Shown: one piece after another, positions 51,470 through 64,000 of the stretch
How the letters are laid out: each line of letters begins with the position of its first letter
Position numbering within the stretch: position 1 is the first letter of the stretch
Assembly (NCBI GenBank): GCA_964035545.1
Contig: OZ037772.1
Coordinates: 2,108,001-2,172,000, forward strand
Direction: 5' to 3'
Source of the DNA: Bugula neritina
Lineage: Eukaryota > Animalia > Bryozoa
DNA: 64,000 nucleotides
Made by a program: the position numbers and the translations under genes
The notes under the pieces: model-generated
Seen by the model: the letters and a program-made list of their open reading frames with translations, nothing else
Database searches by the model: none
Told to the model about the DNA's origin: nothing

Positions 51470-52336
51470 CTCTTGCCTTGTTTTCAAGATTAAATGTACT
51501 GCATATGTATAACTATAACTCCTTCATTTTATGTAGTTCATATATTTATCCACACTACACTCTACAATCTAAGTTTACTTGTACATCCATGTGTCTATTA
51601 TTCACTCTACTTTAGCTGCTATACCTGTCCTACTACGAATGAAGGTTCGGAAGTTTGAATTGGAAGCAAAACCAACAGGAAGTTTAAGCAGCAATGCAAG
51701 CTCATTTCTATAAACTATACACACTGCATACATATAGTGGATATATTTCCTGTGTTCCAGTGCAATCATCACATCATCACTCTTCATTATGGCTGCATCA
51801 ATCTTTTCAAAGCTGAACTCAAGTTGTGACCTTGACACAATTCTGTGATACAACTATCCTCACACTCAATAAATTATTAGAAAAAGAACCTGTTTCAGAG
51901 ATATCTTTCAAAAAGCATTTCTGACATTGCTGACAATACTTTAACAGTTTTAGTGCCATTCAGCACCACGTTTTTATATAAGATAGGATTCCTTCAATTA
52001 ATATGCTAATGGTTAGGAATCAGCAAATAAACTGCCTTGACCTGCAAAGTGACCTACAATGTGCAGCTTGTCAAAAACCAAGTCAAACTTAAGCAAGCTG
52101 CAGCACAAATTCACCAGCTGCAGCCATCATATTAATAATTGAACTGCTCTGTGCTTTACATGCATAATATAATAATCATAATCTTATATTATAATCAATA
52201 TACTAGAACAAATATAGACTTCTATTGTATATTATGCCTATCATTCATAAATTGCACTTTTAGAAAGAGGGGAACTTAATAGTAAACAGTTATGGAAGGG
52301 GAGATGATTTGGTATGAAGAAGGTTTGGAACCACTG
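51470..52336 (+). mobile_element. Decayed hAT (Charlie-like) element, duplicate with an internal deletion
   Basis: Aligns to 14900-15916; lacks about 15360-15505. Confidence 0.6.
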
Positions 52337-54864
52337 CATGAGCTAGAGGAACCACCATACCTCTACCATAGCATCACATCCCTCTGCCATCTTGATTGCA
52401 GCCTGCCAGTTAAGAATTGATTGACGATTGACGAGAGATTCAGTGATGTCGCTGAATATGATAGTACTAAACAGCTCAACTTAAACATAATAAAAATATT
52501 TTACATAATGAAAGTACAAACAAAAAGATGCAAGTGCTAGCTGACACTGAAGACTACTAATAAGAGACAAAGTTCTTGTAAAGATTTTGCTACTAAAAAG
52601 GACATAGATGCTATCGGTATTTTTGTAATTTGAAAATATACAGGACCGGAATTAGATGTTCTAAAATAGCTCAATTGAAAAATATGCACACCTGGTGCCC
52701 TGGATAATTTTTCAGATTTCAACCTAAGAGTTGTCTCTCTTCGACGCTAAAATATAGCGCTCCGCTCACTGAATGCAACATTTCTTTCACGCGATTATTA
52801 TAGAGCCGACCTTTGTAGTTGAGTGACGTGTAATAATCCTTCTGCGCGTAGAACTTCCTCGTTACTTTAGTTTTATTCATATTCATATTGTGCCTTTTCT
52901 CAGTTACTAGCTACCAAGTTTCTTACCAGTTTACAGACTGACACTATTGGCTCTCCTGATGTGAGAACAGTTTGAGTCATCTCATCATTTCTCAAATTAA
53001 TCAGGTACCCGTACTTTAATACTCGCAGTTAGATTTACTATTTTAGTATTCACTATTAGTATTAGTATTTAGTATTTTACTATTAGTATTTTAATTCTAG
53101 ATTTACTTTTAGTTTTAGTTTTACTTTTAGCCTTTAGGCTTTAGGTTTAAGTCTAGGCTTATAACTTATATAATATCAATATAAGATTAAGCTTAAGACT
53201 AAGTTATATTTAAATTATAAGTTATATAAATTAAAATTCTTACAGTTATGAGTTAATGTTATAATGTTAATTAAATATAATTGTTTCTCTTTGAGTCTTT
53301 GATTTGAAATTTACAATAGACATAGTAATACCATAGCCCATAGGCATATGATCAATAATTAATTAATTATAATGATTTATCGAAAAATATAAATATGAAT
53401 ATCGTATTAATGATATTAAATTTATTATTATTATAAGAAATTTAATCGACTTCAAGTTTAGGTTCCAGTTTTAATACTGAAAAATTGATCTACTAGTAGT
53501 AGTACTAGTACTACTACTAGTACTACTACGTCTACAGTAGTAGTAGTGGTAGTAGCCTACGATTACAGATTACTATTACGTACTATAAGTATTAGTCTAT
53601 TAGTAATACATGTACTATTTGATTACTCTTAGTATTGCTATTCGATTTACTGTTGGTATAACTATATAAGAATTGAGACTAGGTATTTCAGTTTCGCGCT
53701 ATTATTTATATAAATATTTGTATTAACTTTAAGTATTACTATTAGTAATCACAATTAGTATTGATATTGCATCTCTTATTAGGATTACTGGTATTACTAT
53801 TAGTATTAGTATTGTTGTATGAGTAATTACTAATTAGTAATTTTTACTCATTGCATTACATTTACTATAAGTATAAATATAAAGTGTAAGTTACTATTAT
53901 TGCTCTACTATAACTATCAGTATTAGATTTAGTGTTGCAGTTGGTTTTACTGCCAGGTCCCCTACCATCATTAAATTTATTTATAATGATAATCTTGGTG
54001 ATTATCACCCAATATTGACTCATATGACTAGGTTAGCCACATTTATATGATCTGCTATTGTTGTAAACAGAGTTTTGACTTTTTCTCTCAATTTTCAGTT
54101 ATGTTATTATCAGCATTTACACTGAATTTTGCAACGTGTTGTCATGTTTGTGATATGTAATAAATCAATAAATCAATCAATCAAATCATGCATCACCAAC
54201 ACTGCAGAAATGTTAAAATGAATTTTGTCATTTAGATTATGGAGAAAACAAAGTATTTTCAACACCCAGCACAAAATATTTCATGAAACTATGTTTTCTC
54301 CCACTGCTATGTTTCCCCCTATTTTGTGTCTTAGCGTGAGCCCACGCAATGTATCTATCCCAAAAATGGGCAGGTAACATTGTAAAACTGGCTGATATTT
54401 CTGAATGAGGGGATAAGCAGCTGAGCCCAATTGTGCTGTTTGTTCATAAAAGTAATACATAACTCACTGGTATTCATGTTTCACTTCTCCTCTATATATT
54501 AGAAACACTTGATTAGTGGTGTTCAATAGAAGTAGAATAAAAGTGTTCACTGAAGCACACAACATTGCTTCATATTTACTGTATATGGAGTTTGAGTCAC
54601 CAGCAAAAACCTATTCAGTGATTACAATGGAAACAATACAGCCTTTGTTAGACAGTTAAAGCTGTGAGCTCAGCATGTTGTAGCTGGCTATCATGTATAC
54701 CAGTGTTATTAACTGCCTTTGTTTAACATTATTTTTCACTTTATTTTGTATGGTTTGTTGTTAATGGTCAAGTCTTTGATTTGGAAACCTTCACAGATGT
54801 GGTGTGAAATATTATGCTAAGAGTATGTGCATCTTTTACAGGATTTCCTTATTATATAACCAAG

Positions 54865-57800
54865 ATGGCAGAATCCAGAGTCGTGAAAAAGAGACTCAAC
54901 AATTCGTATCGCTGTGGGTACTGCTCGCAGTACTTCAACAAACTTGAAGATCCCAGAACTCTGCCCTGTCTGCATGTGTACTGCATGAGATGTTTGAAGA
55001 CTGACATCGGTGGTAGGAAGGATCATATTAGATGTGCTTATTGTAGGTGAGTCACAGTACATAACACAATATATCATGTCATAGGCTTGCATACGATTTT
55101 CTCACTATCATCTAGGAGTTGTCTGATCTGTGTCTATGAAAAGCAAACAATACTGTATATTCTATGTGAACTCTGGTTACTAACTTGTGGAGTGTGTGGA
55201 TATCTTTTCATCAGGTAGAGAAAGTAACTGTTATGTAGATTGCACCATCAGCTGTCCTCTCTTGTTGATTTGTGGTGCCGTTGGATGTCATGGGAGTCAG
55301 GTTGTCTCCCCATTATATTATTTTGTTCTCGTACAGTACAATACTTGTTAGAGCAGTGGTTCCCAACCTTGTTCATACCATTCCCACTTTTATACATGTT
55401 TACTATTAAGTCCCCTCCATTTCGTCAATCGGAAATTTTTATGACTGTCATAATGATAATATAGATTACAATGCAATATTTTTCCTATTACATTTGAATA
55501 TAATATAATTATTTCTGATAATTATATTATGCATGTATAAAACACAGAGCAGTTCAATTATTAATATTATGGCTGCAACTGATGATATTGTACCAGCTTG
55601 CTTTCAAACCTTCCACCCCAACCCCTAAACCCCAACCCCAATATTGTAATTAAAAACACATTCATGTAGAAGTAGACTGAGATGGCAGAACTGGTTAAAT
55701 AGATAAGCTAAGATGAATGCTTATAGATATACATGTACATGTAACTTGCAAGAGCTCAAAAGTCTTCAACAAACTGCTTGAAATTTTCAAAATCGAAATC
55801 CAGGCTCCCCCTAAAATGCCCAAATTCCCTCTTATAGGGGGATTCTCCCAGGTTGGAAACCACTGTGTTGAATTGACTTGTGTTTACTATCTTCTTTCCT
55901 GTGATTAGAAACATGTATGATGTTGTCATGACAACAGAGTTGCTGTGGCACAAAGTACAGTTTACTAGTATGTAGTGATTGTGTAGTGAGAGTGGAGTGT
56001 CTGGTTATTGTCCATGGTTATGTGTAATCTGTAAGGAGTAGAATTATATTATTTTAATATAATGTTGAGAGAGGTACTTTTATAATGGCAGTTTGCTCAA
56101 TAGCTTTAGTTCTATTGCGATAGACTCATAGCTCTGGAGTCTAGCAGCTGTTACTATTACCACTAGCTGTTCAAAATTCTGCCAACATCCGGGCTGCCAA
56201 AGCGTAATAGCCATTGACAAGGCCAAGCAGTCACTGGGAAATTATTTGACTAAAGAGCAGGTCTTATGACAATTAGTAGTCAGTCCCTTAGACAGGAATC
56301 AGTGATTCTGTGACCTATTTAGTTAAATCCAATGCTGACCTTTTGATTGATTATTAGATGGCCATCACAATTTTATTTGGTGGTAAGTTGTACAATATAA
56401 TATTATGGGGTGTCAATCAGTGTCTAATATAATCTGTGAATTGAGTGTCCCTTTAGCTTTGATGAGTTGATTACTTCTTCTACCATCAGTCAGTTGTATT
56501 GAGTGTTACTTTGTATTGAGTCATGAATAGTGTTGAAGATTTGGGCCTATATTATGCCAACCCCCCCCCTCTGACTTAGACTGTGACCCAACCTGCTGCA
56601 CATACATAGTAGTACTACACTGAAGATAGTCAACATGTGTATATATCATATACATATATATATATATAACATAATTATATATATACATGCATATATCATC
56701 CTACTAGTAATGGATTACTAAGTACAAGTTATCCTATGACTCACTCTTCTTATGCTAGCTGCACGAGATAGAAAACACTCACACGTGACACGAACTCACA
56801 GTGCACTAGCTCTTGACACATTGCCAAGGATGATGAAATGACAGTTTCGCGCCACTCCTAGCAGTTAGAGTGGCAGGGAATAGTTGTAGTATGTTGAAGT
56901 ATTGGCTCCTCAGAATTCACTCCTCAGTAATTAGTTGCATTGCACAAACTTGCAACAATAGTGAATAATTATTGACAATATGGCCTCCACTTAGTAGTTA
57001 ACTAGTAATTTATCTATCATTTTACAATACAAGTTACAGTTGAGTCTGTTTGTTGAGTAGCAGTTCTTTGTCATGAGTGACTATTTTCCAGCATATTAGT
57101 ACATAATATAGTCAAGTGTGTTTGTGTGATAGCCTGTGGTCTATATAATGAATGTGTGTTGATGAGTGATGAGTATTTATTTGAGTATTTGTCAAGGACA
57201 CAGCTGTGTGTGTGGATGGAGTATTTCATTACTTGAGATATACTAAACACAGCTAACACAGGTAACATACTGATTGCTATATATTGTAGAAAAGATCACT
57301 ATGACATCACAGATCCCACAACACTACCAGTAGCTCAGCATGGAGACCCGCTAGAATACAAGTCTCCACCCAAACCTGCACCCATTCCCTGCGATGTGTG
57401 TAAAGGTGGAACAGAAGCTGCTGTGTTCTGTGTGGAGAGCCAAAAAAAGTTGTGTCAGCAGCATCAAGAAGTGAGTCTTTCTTATATAATTTCTCAAGAT
57501 TAGTTACTAAACCAGTTCTGATTTGTGTGTAGAATATTATTATAAAGAAATGTTGAGTCTGTGTGACTTTTTATACTAAACACACAGTTTCACAGTGCAG
57601 TGAGTCAACTATGACAGACTTGTTGGTGAAAATACAACCAACTAAACTGTTGACCTTTATTATACAGAATCACAGAGAGCTGATGGGAGATAGACATCAG
57701 TTTATTGACATTGAGGTCTACAGAGCTTCTCCCCAAAGATATACTATAGCTGAATGTGAACATCATAAACAGGAACAGCTGACAGAAGTGTGTTCCAAGT

Positions 57801-60800
57801 GTCACCAGATATTCTGTATGAGATGTGATATGAGGACTGGCTGTAAGGATAAGACAGGTATTTACTTGCTGTTTCTATTTCTGTAGCAAGAAACTGAGAA
57901 ATATTACAAGAACCTGTTATTAATTATTTTATTATTAAAGTGAGTTATGTAACAGTAAAAGAGGAAGTCAGTTTGTCAGCATTAAGGTTTGTGTGAGACA
58001 GAAGTGGATAGTGCAGGAGTTTATATTCTCACTGTTATGTTGAATATTTAGTATATTTCATCCTTCAAGTGTCTGTTTCCTTGATAAGATGGTATAGGCA
58101 TAGCTTTAACTCAGTGGTGTCCCACCTTCTTCATACCATCCCTCTTTTTACAAATATTTTCTATTAAGTTTCCCCCCTTTTGAGAAACACTGTAACTTAT
58201 ATTCATAAAGAAAATCAGGGTACAGATGTTTTCCAGAAAAGGCCAGTGTGTTTGACATGGACCAGTGTCTGCCACAACTTCAGTTAAGCTTTGAAAGCAT
58301 TGATGCTGCTATTAAAAGCAATGAGTTGATGATTATACTCATTCATTTTAGGTTCAGAGTTTTTAGTACAGCAAATATAACTACTAGGTATGCAATAAAT
58401 AGCTTATGGAGATCAGTTTGACTGACTGCAACAAATTCTTGTTAATTTTTGCTTTCAAGAAACTTTTTAACCTCCATTCGTAGTAGGAGGGGTAGCAGCT
58501 AGGGTAGAGTGATTATTAGACACATGGATGTAGAAGTAAACTTAGATTGTAGAGTGTAATGTGGATAAATAAATGAACTACATAAAATGAAGGAGTTATA
58601 ATTATACATCTTTCTAGTCCAAGTCCAACTGTCTAGTTATTACATAGTATGTGTGTAGTGATACACCATCAACCTGTAGTTACAGGTAGTAGGTGTAGAA
58701 TGAGTACAATATCATATTCTGACACATCTAAAAATGCTTTTATAAATAGTGTGATTTTATGTATACAGAGGAGACAGTAGCATCCCATGACTTGGCATCT
58801 TTGAGTGATTTGTCTTGTGAGTTACGAGAAAGTCTGACTGGTGGAATAGAGACTCTGTCTGAGAAAGTTGCAGAGTTGAATGACATCTCAAAGGATGCCT
58901 GGAAAGAACTGAGTAAAATAGAAGATGAAGTGAAGAAGATGGTTGCCAGAGTAAACTCTGTAGCTGACGCTCAGGTATGCTGACATGATGATGTCATCTA
59001 ATGTATTTCTGTTTGTCTGAAATAAGGTTTTGCATTTGGTTTTTGAGCTGTAAATAGAAATGAATTTCATTTGTCACTAGAATTAACTGACCATTAAAGT
59101 ATTATTATTCTGTGAACAAGTAGCAGTAGTCATACATCACATGTTACTCAGTGCAGAGGAACCTGTCAATACAGATGACTCACTCATCCTTCTGCAACTG
59201 TCAATCACTCACACAGAAAGGTTGGCTGTGTGAGTGATTGACAGGTGTCAGGAGGAGGAGACTAGTCACGTGATGTACTAGCTCTCTGCTGTGTATAGAG
59301 TGTCACGTGACTGAGTCATTGTCCACTCAGTGGGTGATCTGTCACTTTCATTTCAAGTGCAGAGGTTGTGAGGTGCAGATGTGGTTACACTGTGTTACTA
59401 TTTATTAGATAGAAAAGATTAGAAAGAGAGCTACAAACCTGAGGCTAGAAATATATGGATATTTGAATAGCTGCACACAGATAGTGGATAATTATAGAAT
59501 AGAGCTGGCCTTGAGTAAGACAATGGGCAGACAGTCTCTGCTGGACACAGTACAACATGCAGTTGATAAGTTCAATGATGCAGGGATTGTGAGAGACTAC
59601 AAAGAGATGAGTGAGAAGATGGAAAAGGCTACAGATATTGGTGTAATAGAGAAGTGTGTACTTCCAGACAGCATCTTGTTACCAACATGTAGGTGGAGTC
59701 TATAAATAGTAACACTAACTATAAATAACTTTCTGCTTGTAATCATGCAAGTTGCTTTCACTGAATATTTTTATAGTAGAATAAGTAGATAGAGTTTATT
59801 TATTAGAGAATTAAGTTTTGTTCTACTTTCACATTATGAGACATTTCTGCAGTGTTTAAGAGTTTATGATGTATAAGTGAGCTGCTAAACTGTGTTATGC
59901 TGACTACCTGCTGTCAGTATTAACAAGATATTCTCACTTAGCCTAGGGCCACACTGTGCGTATTTTCGCATGCGAAAATTGAAATCACAAGTAGCAAAGG
60001 TGTCCACTGTAGCGTCAGTGATGCGTGATAAATAAAGCTTTCATTTTTAAATCGCACTCGCTTTCAATAGAACGCAATTTGCTGGAATGTAGCACTAAAT
60101 TAAAGAAATTGGGCTCGCTGAATAGCTACCAGCCAATTAGATGACGATGACAGAGACGATTCGCACTTGTCGCTCAGCATTTTCAACGCAAGTGCGAACG
60201 TTTTCTCAACGCGCACAGTGGACACCTTTGCTACTTGTGATTTCAATTTTCGAATGCGAAAATACGCACCGTGTGGCCCTAGGCTTAGACCTGTGCATCA
60301 CGCAGCAACTTGTAGTAACTACAGACTGCTTGTATTTAAACATCTTTTAGTTTTAAGTTTGAAAATCTGTTCCCACCTCCTCAGGTGATGAGATTCTCAA
60401 GTTATAGAATTGTTATTTTGTTGTTGCAGACATTGAAGACAGTCTGGGACTGAAGCTGCTGCAGCCACCATCTTCTCTACAGTCTGATGGACTTCCTGTA
60501 CGTGGCTGGTGTTTCACAGTAAACATCTCAGCTGATGGACATCTGATGTTTGGGACACTAGGAGGTGTAGAAGTAATAAATAGAGACACTCTGGATACTA
60601 TCAGCTCAGTGAAGGACACCGACACTACAGTGTGGGAGATAATCCAACCTGAAGGGGTGATGGTTGGCAGCTGGTATAACAGAGAGGAGAAAACAGCTGA
60701 AGTCTCACTTCTTGATCCGAACTCCTTTGAGAAGACTCGCTCTCTCTACAAGCATTCAGTAGATAAACCCACAACCTATAGAATAGCTCAGCACGACTCA

Positions 60801-62247
60801 CTGCTCTGTATTGTAGACAAGAGAGAGAAACAGCTGGTAGTCTGTAATCTAGTTGACAATAAAATACAGAAGTTCCCACTTCCTGAGATGAAGGACCCTC
60901 GACCTGTATGCATCCTCCCAGACTCAACTCTCCTCATAGGAGACTACACTGTAGATGGTAAAGTGAGAAGATATAAAGTGGAGAACACAACTCTCACTCT
61001 AATGTCGGAGTTTCCTCACATCTCATATCCATCTGGTATTTCCTTTGATCCAACATCTGAACTGATTCACATCTGTACAGAGGAAGGACCTCTCCTCATC
61101 CTCTCACTTGAAGGTAAATACTCTGTTTATTATAGTAAGTCTAGTTATTTTATATATAATTATGTTGTAGTAAATAATATATTTTAATAATTAACAGTAA
61201 ACAACTTCCACTCATAAGATATATTATGATATTGTTAGTATTTATCAAGTCACTGATGTTATTTTTAGCTAAAAGTTATGTAATAAAGAGTGTAACATGC
61301 AGATAGTAGATGTTCTATTCTTCATCACATGACTTGTAGCTAATAATAATATTAGTGAATAATACTGTCTCCCTACAATAAGTTTATTTCCAGCTGCAGT
61401 AACATGCAGGATGTAAGCACAGGTAGAAGTGTATATTATATTGTATAGGTTTAAGGTGTACTCTGTGTAGTGTGCAGTGAGCTCTTAGTAAACTCTCTAT
61501 TCAGTCTTCCTTTCCAGGGGTTCACCTGGTAGAGTAGAGGATAGGGACTCCATACTGCTAAGTGAGTTGGTGCTGCAAGGGGTTCAAACCCACCTATCAG
61601 CATGTCTAGTTAGTATACTATGCAAGTGTTTTACAGTAGTTTTAGAGGTGCTCAGTCTAACAACTGTACAGACTGCCAGCTACACATGAGTTATGAGTTG
61701 TAGTTTGACTTCAGTCTAGTGCTGCTATTGTTTTGGTCATCAGATAATTTAAATATCTGATACTTGATACTTTTTGACTGCCATTACTGAGACTATGTAA
61801 TTTGATGATGGCTGGTAGAGCAGTGTTTGCTGGTGGGACTCAGGTGGCTGCGGTTGGTTCTTGTTAAGTATTTTATATGTGATAATGTTGGAGTAGCTGC
61901 AGTGGTATTAGAAGTAGACATGTGGGTGTGTTCATGCTAAGAGCCACAGGCTAAGTTTGTTGGTCAAGGTCAATGCAGTTGTATAAGGAGACACTATTTT
62001 CTATTTGAGTATTTACTTCATGCATGTAACCTGCTTAGTTGCATCTTTAAAGGCAGTCTGTCTGTTTCTCTCAATACACACTAACTGATACAATATGATG
62101 CTATTATTTACAGGTCAACTGGTGCTCACTGTTCCCAGAGAAAGTCTTGGTGTTAGTGACTTGGTGTGGGACATTGCTGTGTGTAACAGAGACACAGTGT
62201 TTCTAGCATGTAGAGATGGTTTGAGGAGATACACAATAAAATACTAA
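54865..62247 (+). CDS. TRIM-type E3 ligase with NHL-like propeller, copy 2, 618 aa. Exons 54865-55046, 57290-57470, 57668-57857, 58769-58974, 59409-59688, 60430-61113, 62114-62247
   Basis: Same exon phases as copy 1; only in-frame indels (3 nt and 6 nt); no stops; AATAAA near 62424. Confidence 0.92.
55354..55865. mobile_element. hAT-like non-autonomous element in a TRIM intron
   Basis: TIRs cagtggttcccaacct ... aggttggaaaccactg; no clean 8-bp TSD. Confidence 0.6.
59941..60284. mobile_element. PIF/Harbinger-like MITE, 344 bp, TTA target-site duplication
   Basis: About 70-bp near-perfect TIR (gcctagggccacac...), TTA at 59938-59940 and 60285-60287; empty site ctcacTTAgacctg in the paralogue at about 24372. 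Confidence 0.9.
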
Positions 62248-62856
62248 ACTTATCAGCTACAGTCTACTAATAATCAGCTCAGTGAGGTGCTGAGAGATGA
62301 AATGGATAATATTTGTCATCAACATAATTATTTCATCACAATTCATCATTACACACACTCCGTAATTATAGTTGGATATGAGATGTTTTACTGTATCGAA
62401 TATGTGTTGCTATTTTACTATCTAATAAAGTTTATTTGTTAGTGAAAATATAGTCTGTTTTCATGCCTCATTAGCTTTAGTTCAAGTTGAGTTCGGTTAG
62501 TAACAATAATCTATACTGGAGCAGTAACTGTAAATGACTTGTTTGCGGGAGAATTTATACACTGAATTGACATGCAGGTGCAAGTAACTCCAACATGACT
62601 AAGTAAATTTTCTCCAACCATTCACAATGTTATACATTCCATTGCTGTGCAAACAATAGCATTGAGTAGCCAATCAAATTGTTTCTTGTCATGCAACCAG
62701 GAATCTAATAAATAATATATAAGGCAATCAACTAGATATAAACACTGTATTACTCTACACATGAGCTGTCTATGATACAGCTGCTTTGTGAAATGTGTGT
62801 AATTTGATGAGTTAAGTTCAATTGGTTGCAGTTTAATTATGACATGTTCACCATTA

Positions 62857-63170
62857 TGTAATATTAGAGGACAACTCCTATCCAGTGTGCAGTGGTAGTA
62901 TACTATTAGTCAAAGGGAGTGCTCCGTATAATATAAATAGCTGACTACTCCTACACCAACACTCCTGAACACCAGCTAGACGACAAGAACTCTTGAACAC
63001 CACTCAGGTTAAGGGACTCCACCCACCCAGGCACCCCTGAACACCATCCAAGGCAGACCTGTTCTGGATCACAGTCTTAACTCCTCACAGACTAAGACAG
63101 GAGCTGAAGTCATCCTCACAGCCAAGCAACCCATGCCAATATACCAACCCTAGCTAACCTGAATACTACA
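62857..63170 (+). mobile_element. Candidate solo LTR (314 bp)
   Basis: TGTAATATT...AATACTACA inverted termini, internal tataaatag, absent from the paralogous block; no clean TSD. Confidence 0.4.
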
Positions 63171-63819
63171 ACTTATATATTATAGTATTCGGAATAACTC
63201 CAAAGTAGCATATTTCTGTTAAAATAACATTATTAATAAACAGATAAATTATATATTCACTGATTCAATCACTATTTGAGTTTTCAAAATAAAATTCAAT
63301 AAGAGACATCAGCAAGTAATAATCATATGTTATGTAATAATACATGCAACAAAAAGGCATCATTATAAAATTTAACAAAATGTATTAGCAGTTATCTATA
63401 CTGAGATTATAATGTAATACTAATGTTGTATAAAGTATTAAACTATCAACCCCTCTCTCATATTATTTAACCTTTGACCTACAAACAATGATTAAATCAT
63501 TTTCTTGTTGCTATACTGTCTTTTTTTTAGTTGGCTCACAGAAACAGTTTCAATCTAACAATGTAGTGTTGATACAAATCAGAGTATATAAGCTCAACAA
63601 TAAAACAGAAAGAAATAATTATCCTCAATATCCTAAGGAATATTCCAGAGAAAACTGCAGGCTGAGCTAAGATATTTTACAACTACATGCAGTTGACATA
63701 TCTACATGAATTGTGGACCATTTTGGTGTTTCTGTGTGCACAGACAAGTTGTAATGACTCTAACAGAAACTTTCTCAGTAGGTTTCAGTTTATCTTGAAT
63801 ATATTACAGCTTGTTGTCA

Positions 63820-64000
63820 TTTGGCCTCAATAGTATTGATGATACACTACCTTGTTTGGCCTCAATAGTATTGATGGTAGACTACCTTGTTTGACCTCAA
63901 TAGTGTTGATGGTACACTACCTTGTTTGGCCTCAATAGTGTTGATGGTACACTACCTTGTTTGGCCTCAATAGTATTGATGGTAGACTACCTTGTTTGAC
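63820..64000. repeat. 35-bp minisatellite, runs off the window end
   Basis: Same unit as 27061-27465. Confidence 0.95.

Noticed and set aside
60141-60388. Short ORFs of 69 and 73 aa
   Set aside because: Lie in the MITE and intron; no coding features.

Overview
AT-rich, intron-containing animal (invertebrate-like) genomic DNA; nothing here is prokaryotic. The window is a mosaic of segmental duplications. Two intact plus-strand paralogues of a TRIM-type E3 ligase (RING, two B-boxes, coiled coil, NHL-like beta-propeller; about 621 and 618 aa) sit in a ~16 kb block repeated ~35.7 kb apart. Around them are intron-containing, disabled pieces of unrelated genes: three copies of the 3' end of a fibrillar collagen (one with N-propeptide and Gly-X-Y exons), two partial CLASP 3' ends, a PACT-like coiled-coil 3' end, and a minus-strand C6orf136/DUF2358 homologue with a 1-nt frameshift. 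There are many minisatellites, which explain nearly all long ORFs in the track, and several transposon remnants (Kolobok-, Harbinger-, CMC-, hAT-, Penelope-, LINE- and SINE-like). The main signal: the two TRIM paralogues are almost identical in the RING/B-box/coiled-coil half but differ strongly and non-synonymously in the predicted top-face loops of the propeller, as expected for a diversifying recognition module. Homologies were recognised from remembered motifs and counts were made by eye; no searches were run.
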